Below are positions 11,475-25,305 of a stretch of 64,000 bases of DNA, one piece after another. The notes below the pieces were generated by a model, which was given only the letters and a program-made list of their open reading frames with translations, made no database searches and was not told where the DNA came from. The position numbers and the translations under genes are program-made. How positions within the stretch are numbered: position 1 is the first letter of the stretch; the number at the start of each line of letters is the position of its first letter. This DNA comes from Octopus sinensis (taxonomy: Eukaryota): contig NC_043018.1 of assembly GCF_006345805.1 (NCBI RefSeq), forward strand, positions 6,634,001 to 6,698,000, in the 5' to 3' direction.

Positions 11475-14400
11475 AAAAGATATTTTTCAAATCATACAGT
11501 AGCAAGGCAACAAATTGCTAAAGCCATTAAAATATTGGGTGGAATGATTCCTCATGTTCTGATTTCAAATCTCACCAAGGCTAAATTTACTTTGCATTTT
11601 TTATTTGAGAAATATTTAGGATTAGGATTAACATTAGGCTTATGATTAGGATCAGGATTAACAGTAGGGTTTAAAAGATATTTTTCAAATCATACAGTAG
11701 CAAGGCAACAAATTGCTAAAGCCATTAAAATATTGGGTGGAATGATTCCTCATGTTCTGATTTCAAATCTCACCAAGGCTAAATTTACTTTGCATTTTTT
11801 TATTTGAGAAATATTTAGGATTAGGATTAACATTAGGCTTATGATTAGGATCAGGATTAACAGTAGGGTTTAAAAGATATTTTTCAAATCATACAGTAGC
11901 AAGGCAACAAATTGATAAAGCCGTTAAAATATTGGGTGGAATGATTCCTCATGTTCTGAGTTCAAATCTCACCAAGGCTAAATTCACTTTTCATTATTTT
12001 TTGAGAGAAATATTTAGGATTAGGATTAACATTAGGCTTATGATTAGGATCAGGATTAACAGTAGGGTTTAAAAGATATTTTTCAAATCATACAGTAGCA
12101 AGGCAACAAATTGATAAAGCCGTTAAAATATTGGGTGGAATGATTCCTCATGTTCTGAGTTCAAATCTCACCAAGGCTAAATTCACTTTTCATTATTTTT
12201 TGGAGAAATATTTAGGATTAGGATTAACATTAGGCTTATGATTAGGATCAGGATTAACAGTAGGGTTTAAAAGATATTTTTCAAATCATACAGTAGCAAG
12301 GCAACAAATTGATAAAGCCGTTAAAATATTGGGTGGAATGATTCCTCATGTTCTGAGTTCAAATCTCACCAAGGCTAAATTCACTTTTCATTATTTTTTG
12401 GAGAAATATTTAGGATTAGGATTAACATTAGGCTTATGATTAGGATCAGGATTAACAGTAGGGTTTAAAAGATATTTTTCAAATCATACAGTAGCAAGGC
12501 AACAAATTGATAAAGCCGTTAAAATATTGGGTGGTGGAATGATTCCTCATGTTCTGAGTTCAAATCTCACCAAGGCTAAATTCACTTTTCATTATTTTTT
12601 GGAGAAATATTTAGGATTAGGATTAACATTAGGCTTATGATTAGGATCAGGATTAAAAGTAGGGTTTAAAAGATATTTTTCAAATCATACAGTAGCAAGG
12701 CAACAAATTGCTAAAGCCATTAAAATATTGGGTGGAATGATTCCTCATGTTCTGAGTTCAAATCTCACCAAGGCTAAATTCACTTTTCATTATTTTTTGG
12801 AGAAATATTTAGGATTAGGATTAACATTAGGCTTATGATTAGGATCAGGATTAAAAGTAGGGTTTAAAAGATATTTTTCAAATCATACAGTAGCAAGGCA
12901 ACAATTCTAAAGCCATTAAATATTGGGTGGAATGATTCCTCATGTTCTGAGTTTCCAATCTCACCAAGGCTAAATTCACTTTTCATTATTTTTTGGAGAA
13001 TATTTAGGATTAGGATTAACATTAGGCTTATGATTAGGATCAGGATTAAAAGTAGGGTTTAAAAGATATTTTTCAAATCATACAGTAGCAAGGCAACAAA
13101 TTGATAAAGCCGTTAAAATATTGGGTGGAATGATTCCTCATGTTCTGAGTTCAAATCTCACCAAGGCTAAATTCACTTTTCATTATTTTTTGGAGAAATA
13201 TTTAGGATTAGGATAACATTAGGCTTATGATTAGGATCAGGATTAACAGTAGGGTTTAAAAGATATTTTTCAAATCATACAGTAGCAAGGCAACAAATTG
13301 ATAAAGCCATTAAAATATTGGGTGGAATGATTCCTCATGTTCTGAGTTCAAATCTCACCAGGCTAATTCACTTTTCATTATTTTTTGGAGAAATATTTAG
13401 GATTAGGATTAACATTAGGCTTATGATTAGGATCAGGATTAAAAGTAGGGTTTAAAAGATATTTTTCAAATCATACAGTAGCAAGGCAACAATTGATAAA
13501 GCCGTTAAAATATTGGGTGGAATGATTCCTCATGTTCTGAGTTCAAATCTCACCAAGGCTAAATCACTTTTCATTATTTTTTGGAGAAATATTTAGGATT
13601 AGGATTAACATTAGGCTTATGATTAGGATCAGGATTAAAGTAGGGTTTAAAAGATATTTTTCAAATCATACAGTAGCAAGGCAACAAATTGATAAAGCCA
13701 TTAAAATATTGGGTGGAATGATTCCTCATGTTCTGAGTTCAAATCTCACCAAGGCTAAATTCACTTTTCATTATTTTTTGGAGAAATATTTAGGATTAGG
13801 ATTAACATTAGGCTTATGATTAGGATCAGGATTAAAGTAGGGTTTAAAAGATATTTTTCAAATCATACAGTAGCAAGGCAACAAATTGCTAAAGCCATTA
13901 AAATATTGGGTGGAATGATTCCTCATGTTCTGAGTTCAAATCTCACCAAGGCTAAATTCACTTTTCATTATTTTTTGGAGAAATATTTAGGATTAGGATT
14001 AACATTAGGCTTATGATTAGGATCAGGATTAAAAGTAGGGTTTAAAAGATATTTTTCAAATCATACAGTAGCAAGGCAACAAATTGCTAAAGCCATTAAA
14101 ATATTGGGTGGAATGATTCCTCATGTTCTGAGTTCAAATCTCACCAAGGCTAAATTCACTTTTCATTATTTTTTGGAGAAATATTTAGGATTAGGATTAA
14201 CATTAGGCTTATGATTAGGATCAGGATTAAAGTAGGGTTTAAAAGATATTTTTCAAATCATACAGTAGCAAGGCAACAACTTGAAAGCCGCTTTTAAATA
14301 TGGGTGAATGATTCCTCATGTTCTGAGTTCAAATCTCACCAAGGCTAAATTCACTGTTCATTATATTTTTATGGAGAAATATTTAGGATTAGGATTAACA

Positions 14401-17400
14401 TTAGGCTTATGATTAGGATCAGGATTAACAGTAGGGTTTAAAAGATATTTTTCAAATTATACAGTAGCAAGGCAACAAATGATAAAGCCGTTAAAATATT
14501 GGGTGGAATGATTCCTCATGTTCTGAGTTCAAATCTCACCAAGGCTAATTCACTTTTCATTATTTTTTGGAGAAATATTTAGGATTAGGATTAACATTAG
14601 GCTATGATTAGGATCAGGATTAACAGTAGGGTTTAAAAGATTTTTCAAATCATACAGTAGCAGGCAACAAATTGATAAAGCCGTTAAAATATTGGGTGGA
14701 ATGATTCCTCATGTTCTGAGTTCAAATCTCACCAAGGTTAAATTCACTTTTCATTATTTTTTGGAGAAATATTTAGGATTAGGATTAACATTAGGCTTAT
14801 GATTAGGATCAGGATTAACAGTAGGCGTTTTAAAAGATATTTTTCAAATCATACAGTAGCAAGGCAACAAATTGATAAAGCCGTTAAAATATTGGGTGGA
14901 TTGATTCTCATGTTCTGAGTTCAAATCTCACCAAGGCTAAATTCACTTTTCATATTTTTTGAGAGAAATTATTTAGGATTAGGATTTAACCATTAGGCTT
15001 ATGATTAGGATCAGGATTAACAGTAGGGTTAAAAGATATTTTTCAAATCAAACAGTAGCAAGACAACAAATTGATAAAGCCGTTAAAATATTGGGTGGAA
15101 TGATTCCTCATGTTCTGAGAGTCAAATCTCACCAAGGCTAAATTCACTTTTCATTATTTTTTGGAGAAATATTTAGGATTAGGATTAACATTAGGCTTAT
15201 GATTAGGATCAGGATTAACAGTAGGGTTTAAAAGATATTTTTCAAATCATACAGTAGCAAGGCAACAAATTGATAAAGCCGTTAAAATATTGGGTGGAAT
15301 GATTCCTCATGTTCTGAGTTCAAATCTCACCAAGGAAATTCACTTTTCATTAATTTTTGAGAAATATTTAGGATAGGATTAACATTAGGCTTATGATTAG
15401 GATCAGGATTAACAGTAGGGTTTAAAAGATATTTTTTCAAAATAATACAGTAGCAAGGCAACAAATTGATAAGCCGTTAAAATATTGGGTGGAATGATTC
15501 CTCATGTTCTGAGTTCAAATCTCACCAAGGCTAAATTCACTTTTCATTATTTTTTGGAGAAATATTTAGGATTAGGATTAAATTAGGCTTATGATTAGGA
15601 TCAGGATTAACAGTAGGGTTTTAAAAGATATTTTTCAAATCATACAGTAGCAAGGCAACAAATTGATAAAGCCGTTAAAATATTGGGTGGAATGATTCCT
15701 CATGTTCTGAGTTCAAATCTCACCAAGGCTAAATTCACTTTTCATTTTATTTGGGAGAAATATTTAGGATTAGGATTAACATTAGGCTTATGATTAGGAT
15801 CAGGATTAACAGTAGGGTTTAAAAGATATTTTTCAAATCATACAGTAGCAAGGCAACAAATTGATAAGCCGTTAAAATATTGGGTGGAATGATTCCTCAT
15901 GTTCTGAGTTCAAATCTCACCAAGGCTAAATTCACTTTTCATTATTTTTTGGAGAAATATTTAGGATTAGGATTAACATTAGGCTTATGATTAGGATCAG
16001 GATTAACAGTAGGGTTTAAAAGATATTTTTCAAATCATACAGTAGCAAGGCAACAAATTGATAAAGCCGTTAAAATATGGTGGAATGATTCCTCATGTTC
16101 TGAGTTCAAATCTCACCAAGGCTAAATTCACTTTTCATTATTTTTTGGAGAGAAATATTTAGGATTAGGATTCATTATAACATTAGGCTTATGATTAGGA
16201 TCAGGATTAACAGTTAGGGTTTAAAAGATATTTTTCAAATCATACAGTAGCAAGCGGGGGCAACAAATTGATAAAGCCGTTAAAATATTGGGTGGAATGA
16301 TTCCTCATGTTCTGAGTTCAAATCTCACCAAGGCTAAATTCACTTTTCATTATTTTTTGGAGAAATATTTAGGATTAGGATTAACATTAGGCTTATGATT
16401 AGGATCAGGATTAACAGTAGGTTTTAAAAGATATTTTCAAATCATACAGTAGCAAGGCAACAAATTGATAAAGCCGTTAAAATATGGGTGGAATGATTCC
16501 TCATGTTCTGAGTTCAAATCCACCAAGGCTAAATTCACTTTTCATTATTTTTTGGAGAAATATTTAGGATTAGGATTAACATTAGGCTTATGATTAGGAT
16601 CAGGATTAACAGTAGGGTTTAAAAGATATTTTTCAAATCATACAGTAGCAAGGCAACAAATTGATAAAGCCTTAAAATATTGGGTGGAATGATTCCTCAT
16701 GTTCTGAGTTCAAATCTCACCAAGGCTAAATTCACTTTTCATTATTTTTTGGAGAAATATTAGGATTAGGATTAACATTAGGCTTATGATAGGATCAGGA
16801 TTAACAGTAGGGTTTTAAAAGATATTTTCAAATCATACAGTAGCAAGGCAACAAATTGATAAAGCCGTTAAAATATGGGTGGAATGATTCCTCATGTTCT
16901 GAGTTCAATCTCACCAAAGCTAAATTCACTTTTCATTATTTTTGGAGAAATATTTAGGATTAGGATAACATTAGGCTTATGATTAGGATCAGGATTAACA
17001 GTAGGGTTTAAAAGATATTTTTCAAATCATACAGTAGCAAGGCAACAAATTGATAAAGCCGTTAAAATATGGGTGGAATGTTCCTCATGTTCTGAGTTCA
17101 AATCTCACCAAGGCTAAATTCACTTTTCATATATTTTTGGAGAAATATTTAGGATTAGGATTAACATTAGGCTTATGATTAGGATCAGGATTAACAGTAG
17201 GGTTAAAAGATATTTTTCAAATCATACAGTAGCAAGGCAAAAAATTGATAAAGCCGTTAAAATATTGGGTGGAATGATTCCTCATGTCTGAGTTCAAATC
17301 TCACCAAGGCTAAATTCACTTTTCATTATTTTTTGGAGAAATATTTAGGATTAGGATTAACATTAGGCTATGATTAGGATCAGGATTAACAGTAGGGTTT

Positions 17401-17795
17401 AAAAGATATTTTTCAAATCATACAGTAGCAAGGCAACAAATTGATAAAGCCGTTAAAATATTGGGTGGAATGATTCCTCATGTTCTGAGTTCAAATCTCA
17501 CCAAGGCTAAATTCACTTTTCATTATTTTTTGGAGAAATATTTAGGATTAGGATTAACATTAGGCTTATGATTAGGATCAGGATTAACAGTAGGGTTTAA
17601 AAGATATTTTTCAAATCATACAGTAGCAAGGCAACAAATTGATAAAGCCGTTAAAATATTGGGTGGAATGATTCCTCATGTTCTGAGTTCAAATCTCACC
17701 AAGGCTAAATTTACTTTTCATTTTTTTTTAAACAAATATTTAGGATTAGGATTAACATTAGGCTTAGCATTGGGATCAGGATTAACAGTAGGGTT
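11475..17795. repeat. Tandem satellite, ~198-bp monomer, ~32 copies
   Basis: Monomer aaaagatatttttcaaatcatacagtagc...ggattaacagtagggttt repeated head-to-tail; scattered 1-bp indels. Confidence 0.98.
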
Positions 17796-18465
17796 AGGAT
17801 TAAGATTAACAGCAGGGTCAGAGTTAGAATTAGGATTTCACTTGGAGTTAGGTCAGGACTAAAATTAAGGTAAGGATTAAAATTAGGATTGACATTGAAG
17901 TTAGGACTAGGATGATGATTAACACTAGGGTTAGGATAAGGATTAAAATTAGGATTAGAGTCAGCATTAGGATGAGGATTAACACTAGGGTTAGGATAAG
18001 GACTAAAATTAGGATTAGAGTCAGGATTAGGATGAGGATTAACACTAGGGTTAGGATAAGGATTAAAATTAGGATAAGAGTCAGGATTAGGATGAGGATT
18101 AACACTAGGGTTAGGATAAGGACTAAAATTAGGATGAGAGTCGGGATTAGGATGAGGATTACCAGTCTGATTTGGATTAACAGTAAGGTTAAGATAAGGG
18201 TTAAAATTAGAGTTAGTATTACGATCAGGATTAAGAGCTGGGTTAGGATTAGGATTGACATTAGTGTCTTGGTTAGAGTTAGCCTTGAGATTTCAGTTAG
18301 GGTTAGGTTTAGGATTATAATTGGAGTTAGGGGTAAAATTATGATTGACATTAGGATTAAGATGGGGATTAACACTAGGGTTAGGATAAGGATTAAAATT
18401 AGAGCTAGGGTTAGGATTAGGATGAGGATTAACAGTAGGATTAGGATTAAAATTACAGACAGTCA
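17796..18465 (+). repeat. Degenerate TTAGGA/TTAGGG hexamer repeat with a 60-bp higher-order unit
   Basis: aacactagggttaggataagga... starts at 17921, 17981, 18041 and 18101. Confidence 0.9.
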
Positions 18466-18631
18466 GGAAAATAGTACCAACCCAAAGCAATGGATTTGTG
18501 GAACTGTTTGAGTAGAGGGCAGAGTGGTTTTTAGTATCAGTCCAAGACACAAAGCTCTTAACTGGTAATGCACAGTGTTTGCAATTAGAATTATGTACAG
18601 ATATTTCAGTGAGAAGGCTGTCACACCAGAC

Positions 18632-18796
18632 TTCATCACCATCACAATCATCATCATCGCCACTAACAATACCATCACCATCATCATCACCATCAACATC
18701 ACCATCACAATCATCATCATCACCAGCACCATCATCATCATCATCATCTTCACATCACCATGATGATTATCATCATCATTACTACCATCATCATTA
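18632..18796. repeat. (CAT/CAC)n microsatellite
   Basis: Directly visible. Confidence 0.9.
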
Positions 18797-19018
18797 CCTA
18801 TTTCTTTATTACCCACAAGGGGCTACACACAGAAAGGACAAACAAGGACAGACATAGGTATTAAGTCGATTACATCGACCCCAGTGCGTAACTGGTACTT
18901 AATTTATCGACCCCGAAAGGATGAAAGGCAAAGTCGACCTCGGTGGAATTTGAACTCACAACGTAGCGACAGACGAAATACGGCTACGCATTTCGCCCGG
19001 CGTGCAAACGTTTCTACC
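18797..19018 (-). mobile_element. SINE family B
   Basis: Reverse complement of the 60840-61072 consensus. Confidence 0.9.
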
Positions 19019-19685
19019 ATCATCAACATCACCATCAGCATCGTCATCCTCATCATTATCACAATCGAAATGAGGAGTAGATAGACAGCTGAGATAACTT
19101 GTCCTGTTCTCCATTTTTTCTCCCTGTTTACATATTTCATGTTGATGACGTCCTATACCCATATATGCATGTATATATATATATATATTTGAAGGTTTGG
19201 AGATGATGTACAGGTATTTGTTTTCGGCTTTCCTGGCCATTTTCTGTTTTGGGCATGGCGTCTTCAAAGCCATGAAGTCATTGTCGAAAAGAACGCCGGT
19301 CTCCTTGACAACGCTTTTACGATGTTGATTTCCCTACCCTGCCTTCCCCACAGCTTCATGAAGGAGGGGAAGGAGGGGGAGAAGCAACACAGGTGCAGGT
19401 GTGAGCATTGGACGCCAACACCGCCACCGCCGACACCACGAAAAGAATTGGAAGAACCCAGACGACAGCTTCACAGCCAACCACTACTACTACTACTACT
19501 ACTACGGACAACTCTGCCACAAACATCACCACTACCGCACCCAACCACCACCACCACCACCACCACCACCGTATACATTTATATATTTGTTTTGCAAGAT
19601 TCTTGATGGGAAATCATGTGTTGAAACTGGCAACATGACCATTCCGAAATACAACGATATATATATATATAATATTATTTATTAT

Positions 19686-19689
<4 letters not shown>

Positions 19690-19734
<45 letters not shown>

Positions 19735-20265
19735 TGGTGGCGGCGGCGGCGGCGGTGGCGGTGACGGTGATGGTGGTGGTGGTGGCGGTGGTGGTGGTGG
19801 TGGCGGTGGTGGTGGTGGTGGTTGTGGTGGTGATGTTTGTGGCCGAAAACCATTTTTTACAAAATCGGGAAACACGCCACACAGGGCAGGTTTCCCGTGC
19901 AAAGAATTTGCACAACCGAATGTTATAGTTGTTGCACAACTTTTACAAACATACATACATACATACATACATACATACATACATACATACAGACATACAT
20001 ACATACATACATACAGACATACATACGTACGTACATGCATGCATACATACATACAGACATACATACATACGTACATACATACATACATACAGACAGACAG
20101 ACAGACATACATACGTACATACATACATACATAGATACATGCATGCATACATACAGACATACATACATACATACATACATAGACAGATAGACAGACAGAC
20201 AGACAGACAGACGATTGGATCGATCGACCGATGGACGGATGGACGGAAAGATGGATGACTAGATA
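19690..20265. repeat. Compound (AGAC)n, (GGT)n, (ACAT)n microsatellites
   Basis: Directly visible. Confidence 0.9.
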
Positions 20266-20269
20266 GAAA

Positions 20270-20425
20270 TACAAGTTTCTTTCAGTCTTTATCTATCAAA
20301 TCCTCTCACAAGGCTTTGGTCAGCATAAGGCTATGGTAGAAAGCACTTGTAGAAGGTGTCACACAGTGGGACTGAACCTGGAACCATATGGTTAGGAAGC
20401 AAACTTCTTACCACCCAGCCACAAG
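20270..20425 (-). mobile_element. SINE family A, 5' part
   Basis: Matches the head of family A. Confidence 0.8.
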
Positions 20426-20591
20426 ATGTGTGTGTATGCATGCATGTATGAAACAAGTTAAAATTAATGGTCGTTACATATAATCCTTTTATTGGAGCAA
20501 ATCAGGCTTACAGCTGTTTCCAGTAGTCGTTATAGGTACATTTCTAATAGGCTTACTCAATTGGTTTATTAATTAATTGAAGTAAATTGAA

Positions 20592-20999
20592 CAGGAGTGG
20601 CTGCGTGGTAAGTAGCTTGCTTACTAACCACATGGTTCCGGGTTCAGTCCCACTGCGTGGCATCTTGGGCAAGTGTCTTCTGCTATAGCCCCAGGCCGAC
20701 CAATGCCTTCTGAGTGGATTTGGTAGATGGAAACTGAAAGAAGCCTGTCGTAAATATGTATATATATATGTATGTGTGTGTGTGTGTGTTTGTGTGTCTG
20801 TGTTTGTCCCCCTAGCATTGCTTGACAACTGATGCCGGTGTGTTTACGTCCCTGTCACTTAGCGGTTCGGCAAAAGAGACCGATAGAATAAGTACTGGGC
20901 TTACAAAGAATAAGTCCCGGGGTCGATTTGCTCGACTAAAGGCGGTGCTCCAGCATGGCTGCAGTCAAATGACTGAAACAAGTAAAAGAGTAAAGAGTA
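20592..20999 (+). mobile_element. SINE family A, full length
   Basis: Head caggagtggctgcgtggtaag, tail aaagagtaaagagta. Confidence 0.92.
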
Positions 21000-21544
21000 T
21001 ATGAATGTATATATATAGGTGTATTTATCTCTCTATCTATTTACCTGTGTGTGTGTGTGTAACAGGCTTCTTTCACAGCTGACCAAATCACAAGGATTTG
21101 GTCAGCTTGTGTCCATTGTAGAGGTTACTTGCCCAAGGTGCAGCACAGTAACATTGAACCCCAGATCACATGGTTGGAAAGCAAACCTCTCAACCCCACA
21201 GCCACACCTGCCCTTTCCATCTCTGATAATTCCTCCTTAAGTAAAACATAAAAGTAATGACCAAAATTTAATGGTTTTTCCAAATACCAAACTCACATTC
21301 CTGGTATTGTTTGAATAGAAACTCTTTCAGCTCTCCCTCAACAGACTCTGGTTAATATTTTTGTATCTTTATCTTGGTATAGCTTTTCTTTTTTTTTTGT
21401 TTCACTGAATTATTTGAAAACGATCTCTTAAGGTTGAAAAATAATATAAAAAGAAACAAAATAATAAAGATTTGCATTATTAAAAATCCCATTGTTACAG
21501 TATTGAAATATATTCTGTTTAATTTCATACATTACAAAATCTGC

Positions 21545-22070
21545 AAGAATTCACCTATTCAGATGTTTTTGTTTGCAGTGGTGAAAGGCTGTAAGATATA
21601 CGCTTCTCTAAAAAGACAGAGAACAGATTGCACCTCCTGGAATCATTCATGTAAAGATACAAGCTTTATAATGGAACAATTGATATGAAATTGTTAATAT
21701 TTTAATTTTTTTTAGATGCAAGATATATTTAGAGAGTGAAGTAGTAAAATGTGTCTTAGTGTATGAACACACATACATCCATTACCAAGTTAAAATACAA
21801 TCAGCCAGATAGTGTTGTGTGGCACCATAGGGAAAAGATATGTTCTGTTATGGATAGCAGCTGCCTCCTGGACACCAATATGGTTAGAAAATGCAAAAGA
21901 AAGAGGATTTATGCAGACCATTGTTAAGGGGTTTGCAAATCCAGTACCCAAGATACAATTTCAGCTTCATACCTATTATCATTATTATTGGAATAACAGG
22001 ACAGATACCAACCTGCCTGGAGCAAAGTGTCGCTGAACTTGGGATCTTGGGGAGAAAATACACATCCTTA
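21545..22070 (+). pseudogene. RLE non-LTR retrotransposon (NeSL/HERO-like) C-terminal fragment
   Basis: KYNQPDSVVWHHREKICSVMDSSCLLDTN...KEDLCRPLLRGLQIQYPRYNFSFIPIIIIIG across frameshifts; homologous to 52360-52615 and 59340-59795. Confidence 0.8.
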
Positions 22071-22072
22071 AT

Positions 22073-22335
22073 TCATCATCATCATCATCATCATCCTCGT
22101 TTAACATCCGCTTTCCATGCTAGCATGGGTTGGACAAATGACAGAGCGCTGGCGAACCAGATGGCTGCACCAGGCTCCAATCTTGATCTGGCAGAGTTTC
22201 TACAGCTGGATGCCCTTCCTAATGCCAACCACTCCGAGAGTGTAGTGGGTGCTTTTACATTCCACTGGCATGGGGCCAGTCAGGCAGTACTAGCAACGAC
22301 CTCGCTCGAATCTTTTACACATGCCACCGGCAGGA
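22073..22335 (-). mobile_element. RTE 3' UTR retroposon (family C)
   Basis: (CAT)n tail and the ctggatgcccttcctaatgcc motif. Confidence 0.85.
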
Positions 22336-22689
22336 ACACTGGGGCTAGTGAATTACCTTACAAGGTGACTATTTCGAAGGAGATGATGTTAAAACTTAGG
22401 TAAATAAGTTATTTTTTATGGAACATAAACTACAACATGAATCTTTTGATACCACCTCAGAATTGATATTCTTGAAATTATGATCCATGGTTGCCATTTT
22501 CAGATTTTAATATATATACAAAAGGGTTGTTTTTCTTGTTTTAAACTGCAAAAAAATAACTCTGTTAATGTTTTTTAAATCATTGAATTACATATGCGAG
22601 TTCTCTAACATGCGTGCAGGTAGAATGTAGAATGCTCACCTGAAGTGTTTGTTTTCAATTCTATTGTTTACGTGTGGTTGTGAATGAGG

Positions 22690-23395
<706 letters not shown>

Positions 23396-23399
23396 TGTA

Positions 23400-23590
23400 C
23401 GAACAAAAGCAATAGTGACGCCCATCCTTAAGACTACAACATGTGAAATGTAAATGTCGATTATGTCATATTCCTGCGGAAAGACATTCACGCATGTGTT
23501 CAACAGCTGACCAAACATGTCATTACAGTACCATTACTTTCCGATATCGCCTGATATTGTTGCTAAAACAATATACAACATCACCTGTCA
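23400..23590 (+). pseudogene. Degenerate CCHC region of an RLE non-LTR element
   Basis: [10 protein letters not shown]...HVFNS and LQYHYFPISPDIVAKTIYN across frames resemble the CRLC..H...C / RHDxVAKxIYN motif. Confidence 0.6.
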
Positions 23591-23904
23591 AGCAGACAGC
23601 TCGAGGATAAATACAGCGAATGTTTTATTATTGAATATATGTACATATTTCAAGATACACAGCATTGGAGGGGAAGAATTCCCATAAAAATTTCTACTGA
23701 GTGCAAGCATGCTATGCGTACATGGTTACGAAGTTTGCTATGTCACTGCATGCTCTGAGATTTTTGTTGCGGTTTCATACTACGGTGTGGCTCCTTAGGC
23801 AAGTATTTTCTTTTGTTCTGTTATGACCCTGGACAGAATAATCTTATGTAAGTGAATCTCATAGATGGAAACTGGGAAGGCTATTGTGTGTATGTATTAT
23901 TATT

Positions 23905-24750
23905 CTTTTATTCTTTTATTTGTTTCAGTCATTCGACTGTGGCCATGCTGGAGCACCACCTTTAGTTGAGCAAATCGGCCCCAGGACTTATTCTTTGTAA
24001 GCCTAGTACTTTATTCTATCGGTCTCTCTTGCTGAACCACTAAGTGACAGGGATGTAAACACACCAGCATCGGTTGTCAAGCAATGTTAGGGGTACAAAC
24101 ACAGACACACAAACATACATGAACACAGACATATATATATACATATATACGACGGGCTTCTTTCAGTTTCCGTTTACCAAATCCACTCACAAGGTTTGGT
24201 TGGCCCGAGGCTATAGTAGAAGACACTTGTCTCTCTTGCCGAACTGCTAAGTTACGGGGATGTAAACAGACCAGCATCGGTTGTCAAGCAATGTTAGGGG
24301 GACAAACACAGACACACAAACATACATGAACACAGACATATATATATACATATATACGACGGGCTTCTTTCAGTTTCCGTCTACCAAATCCACTCACAAG
24401 GTTTGGTTGGCCCGAGGCTATAGTAGAAGACACTTGTCTCTCTTGCCGAACTGCTAAGTTACGGGGATGTAAACAGACCAGCATCGGTTGTCAAGCAATG
24501 TTAGGGGGACAAACACAGACACACAAACATACGCACACACACACACACATACATACACACACAAACACACACACATACACACACACATATATATACGGCG
24601 GGCTTATTTCAGTTTCCGTCTACCAAATCCACTCACAAGACCTTGGTCGGCCCGAGGCTATAGTAGAAGACACTTGCCCAATGTGCCACGCAGTGGGACT
24701 GAACCCGGAACCATGTGGTTGGTAAGCAAGCAACTTATCACACAGCCACA
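23905..24750 (-). mobile_element. SINE family A with a 207-bp internal segment tandemly triplicated
   Basis: Near-identical ORFs at 24077 and 24284 (offset 207); junction gaagacacttg|tctctcttgccgaac occurs twice. Confidence 0.92.
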
Positions 24751-25078
24751 TCTGTGTCTATGTGTGTGTGTGTGTTTGTTGATTGTTTTTATGTTCAGAT
24801 ATCATAAAAAGCAATTTGTGTTACTCTATACTTTTGTAGAGTACAAATTTTTATTATTCTTAGACAAGAATATTAATGATACTGTCTACACTGTGTTGCC
24901 CAGCAAAGCCATCATTGGACTTCAGTGCATTGCCGTCCAACAATTGCTTAGCATTGAAATCACTGTCAACAATAAATATATATAAATGTGTGTGTGTGGT
25001 GTGTGTATATATATATACATACACATATATGCATACATACATACATACATGCAAATATATATTTACATATGTATATAT

Positions 25079-25149
<71 letters not shown>

Positions 25150-25154
<5 letters not shown>

Positions 25155-25305
25155 CAGATGAATATGGTACTTAAGTTAAAGGCACCAGAATTTAGTATGG
25201 TATTATCCATACAATTTAAAATAAGGTGATTATAATCAAAATAAGCAACAAAGATATCCAGAGGTAATGCTGTACGACCGTTTCATGCGACTCCATTTAA
25301 TTGAG
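25150..25305 (+). repeat. Unclassified dispersed repeat (family E)
   Basis: Homologous to 45785-45935 (inverted) and 48296-48380. Confidence 0.7.

Noticed and set aside
11475-17795. CRISPR array or tandem retrozyme interpretation of the satellite
   Set aside because: Eukaryotic context, no unique spacers, and no CTGANGA/GAAA hammerhead core found on either strand of the monomer.
17848-18511. Ile/Arg- and Leu/Ile-rich ORFs on both strands
   Set aside because: Products of the telomere-like hexamer repeat.
21540-21700. Strong-looking splice acceptors on both strands
   Set aside because: The region is contiguous with, and probably part of, the degenerate RLE retrotransposon at 21.5-22.1 kb.
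23400-23620. Minus-strand exon candidates in a CpG-richer patch
   Set aside because: Better explained on the plus strand as a decayed CCHC region of an RLE element.
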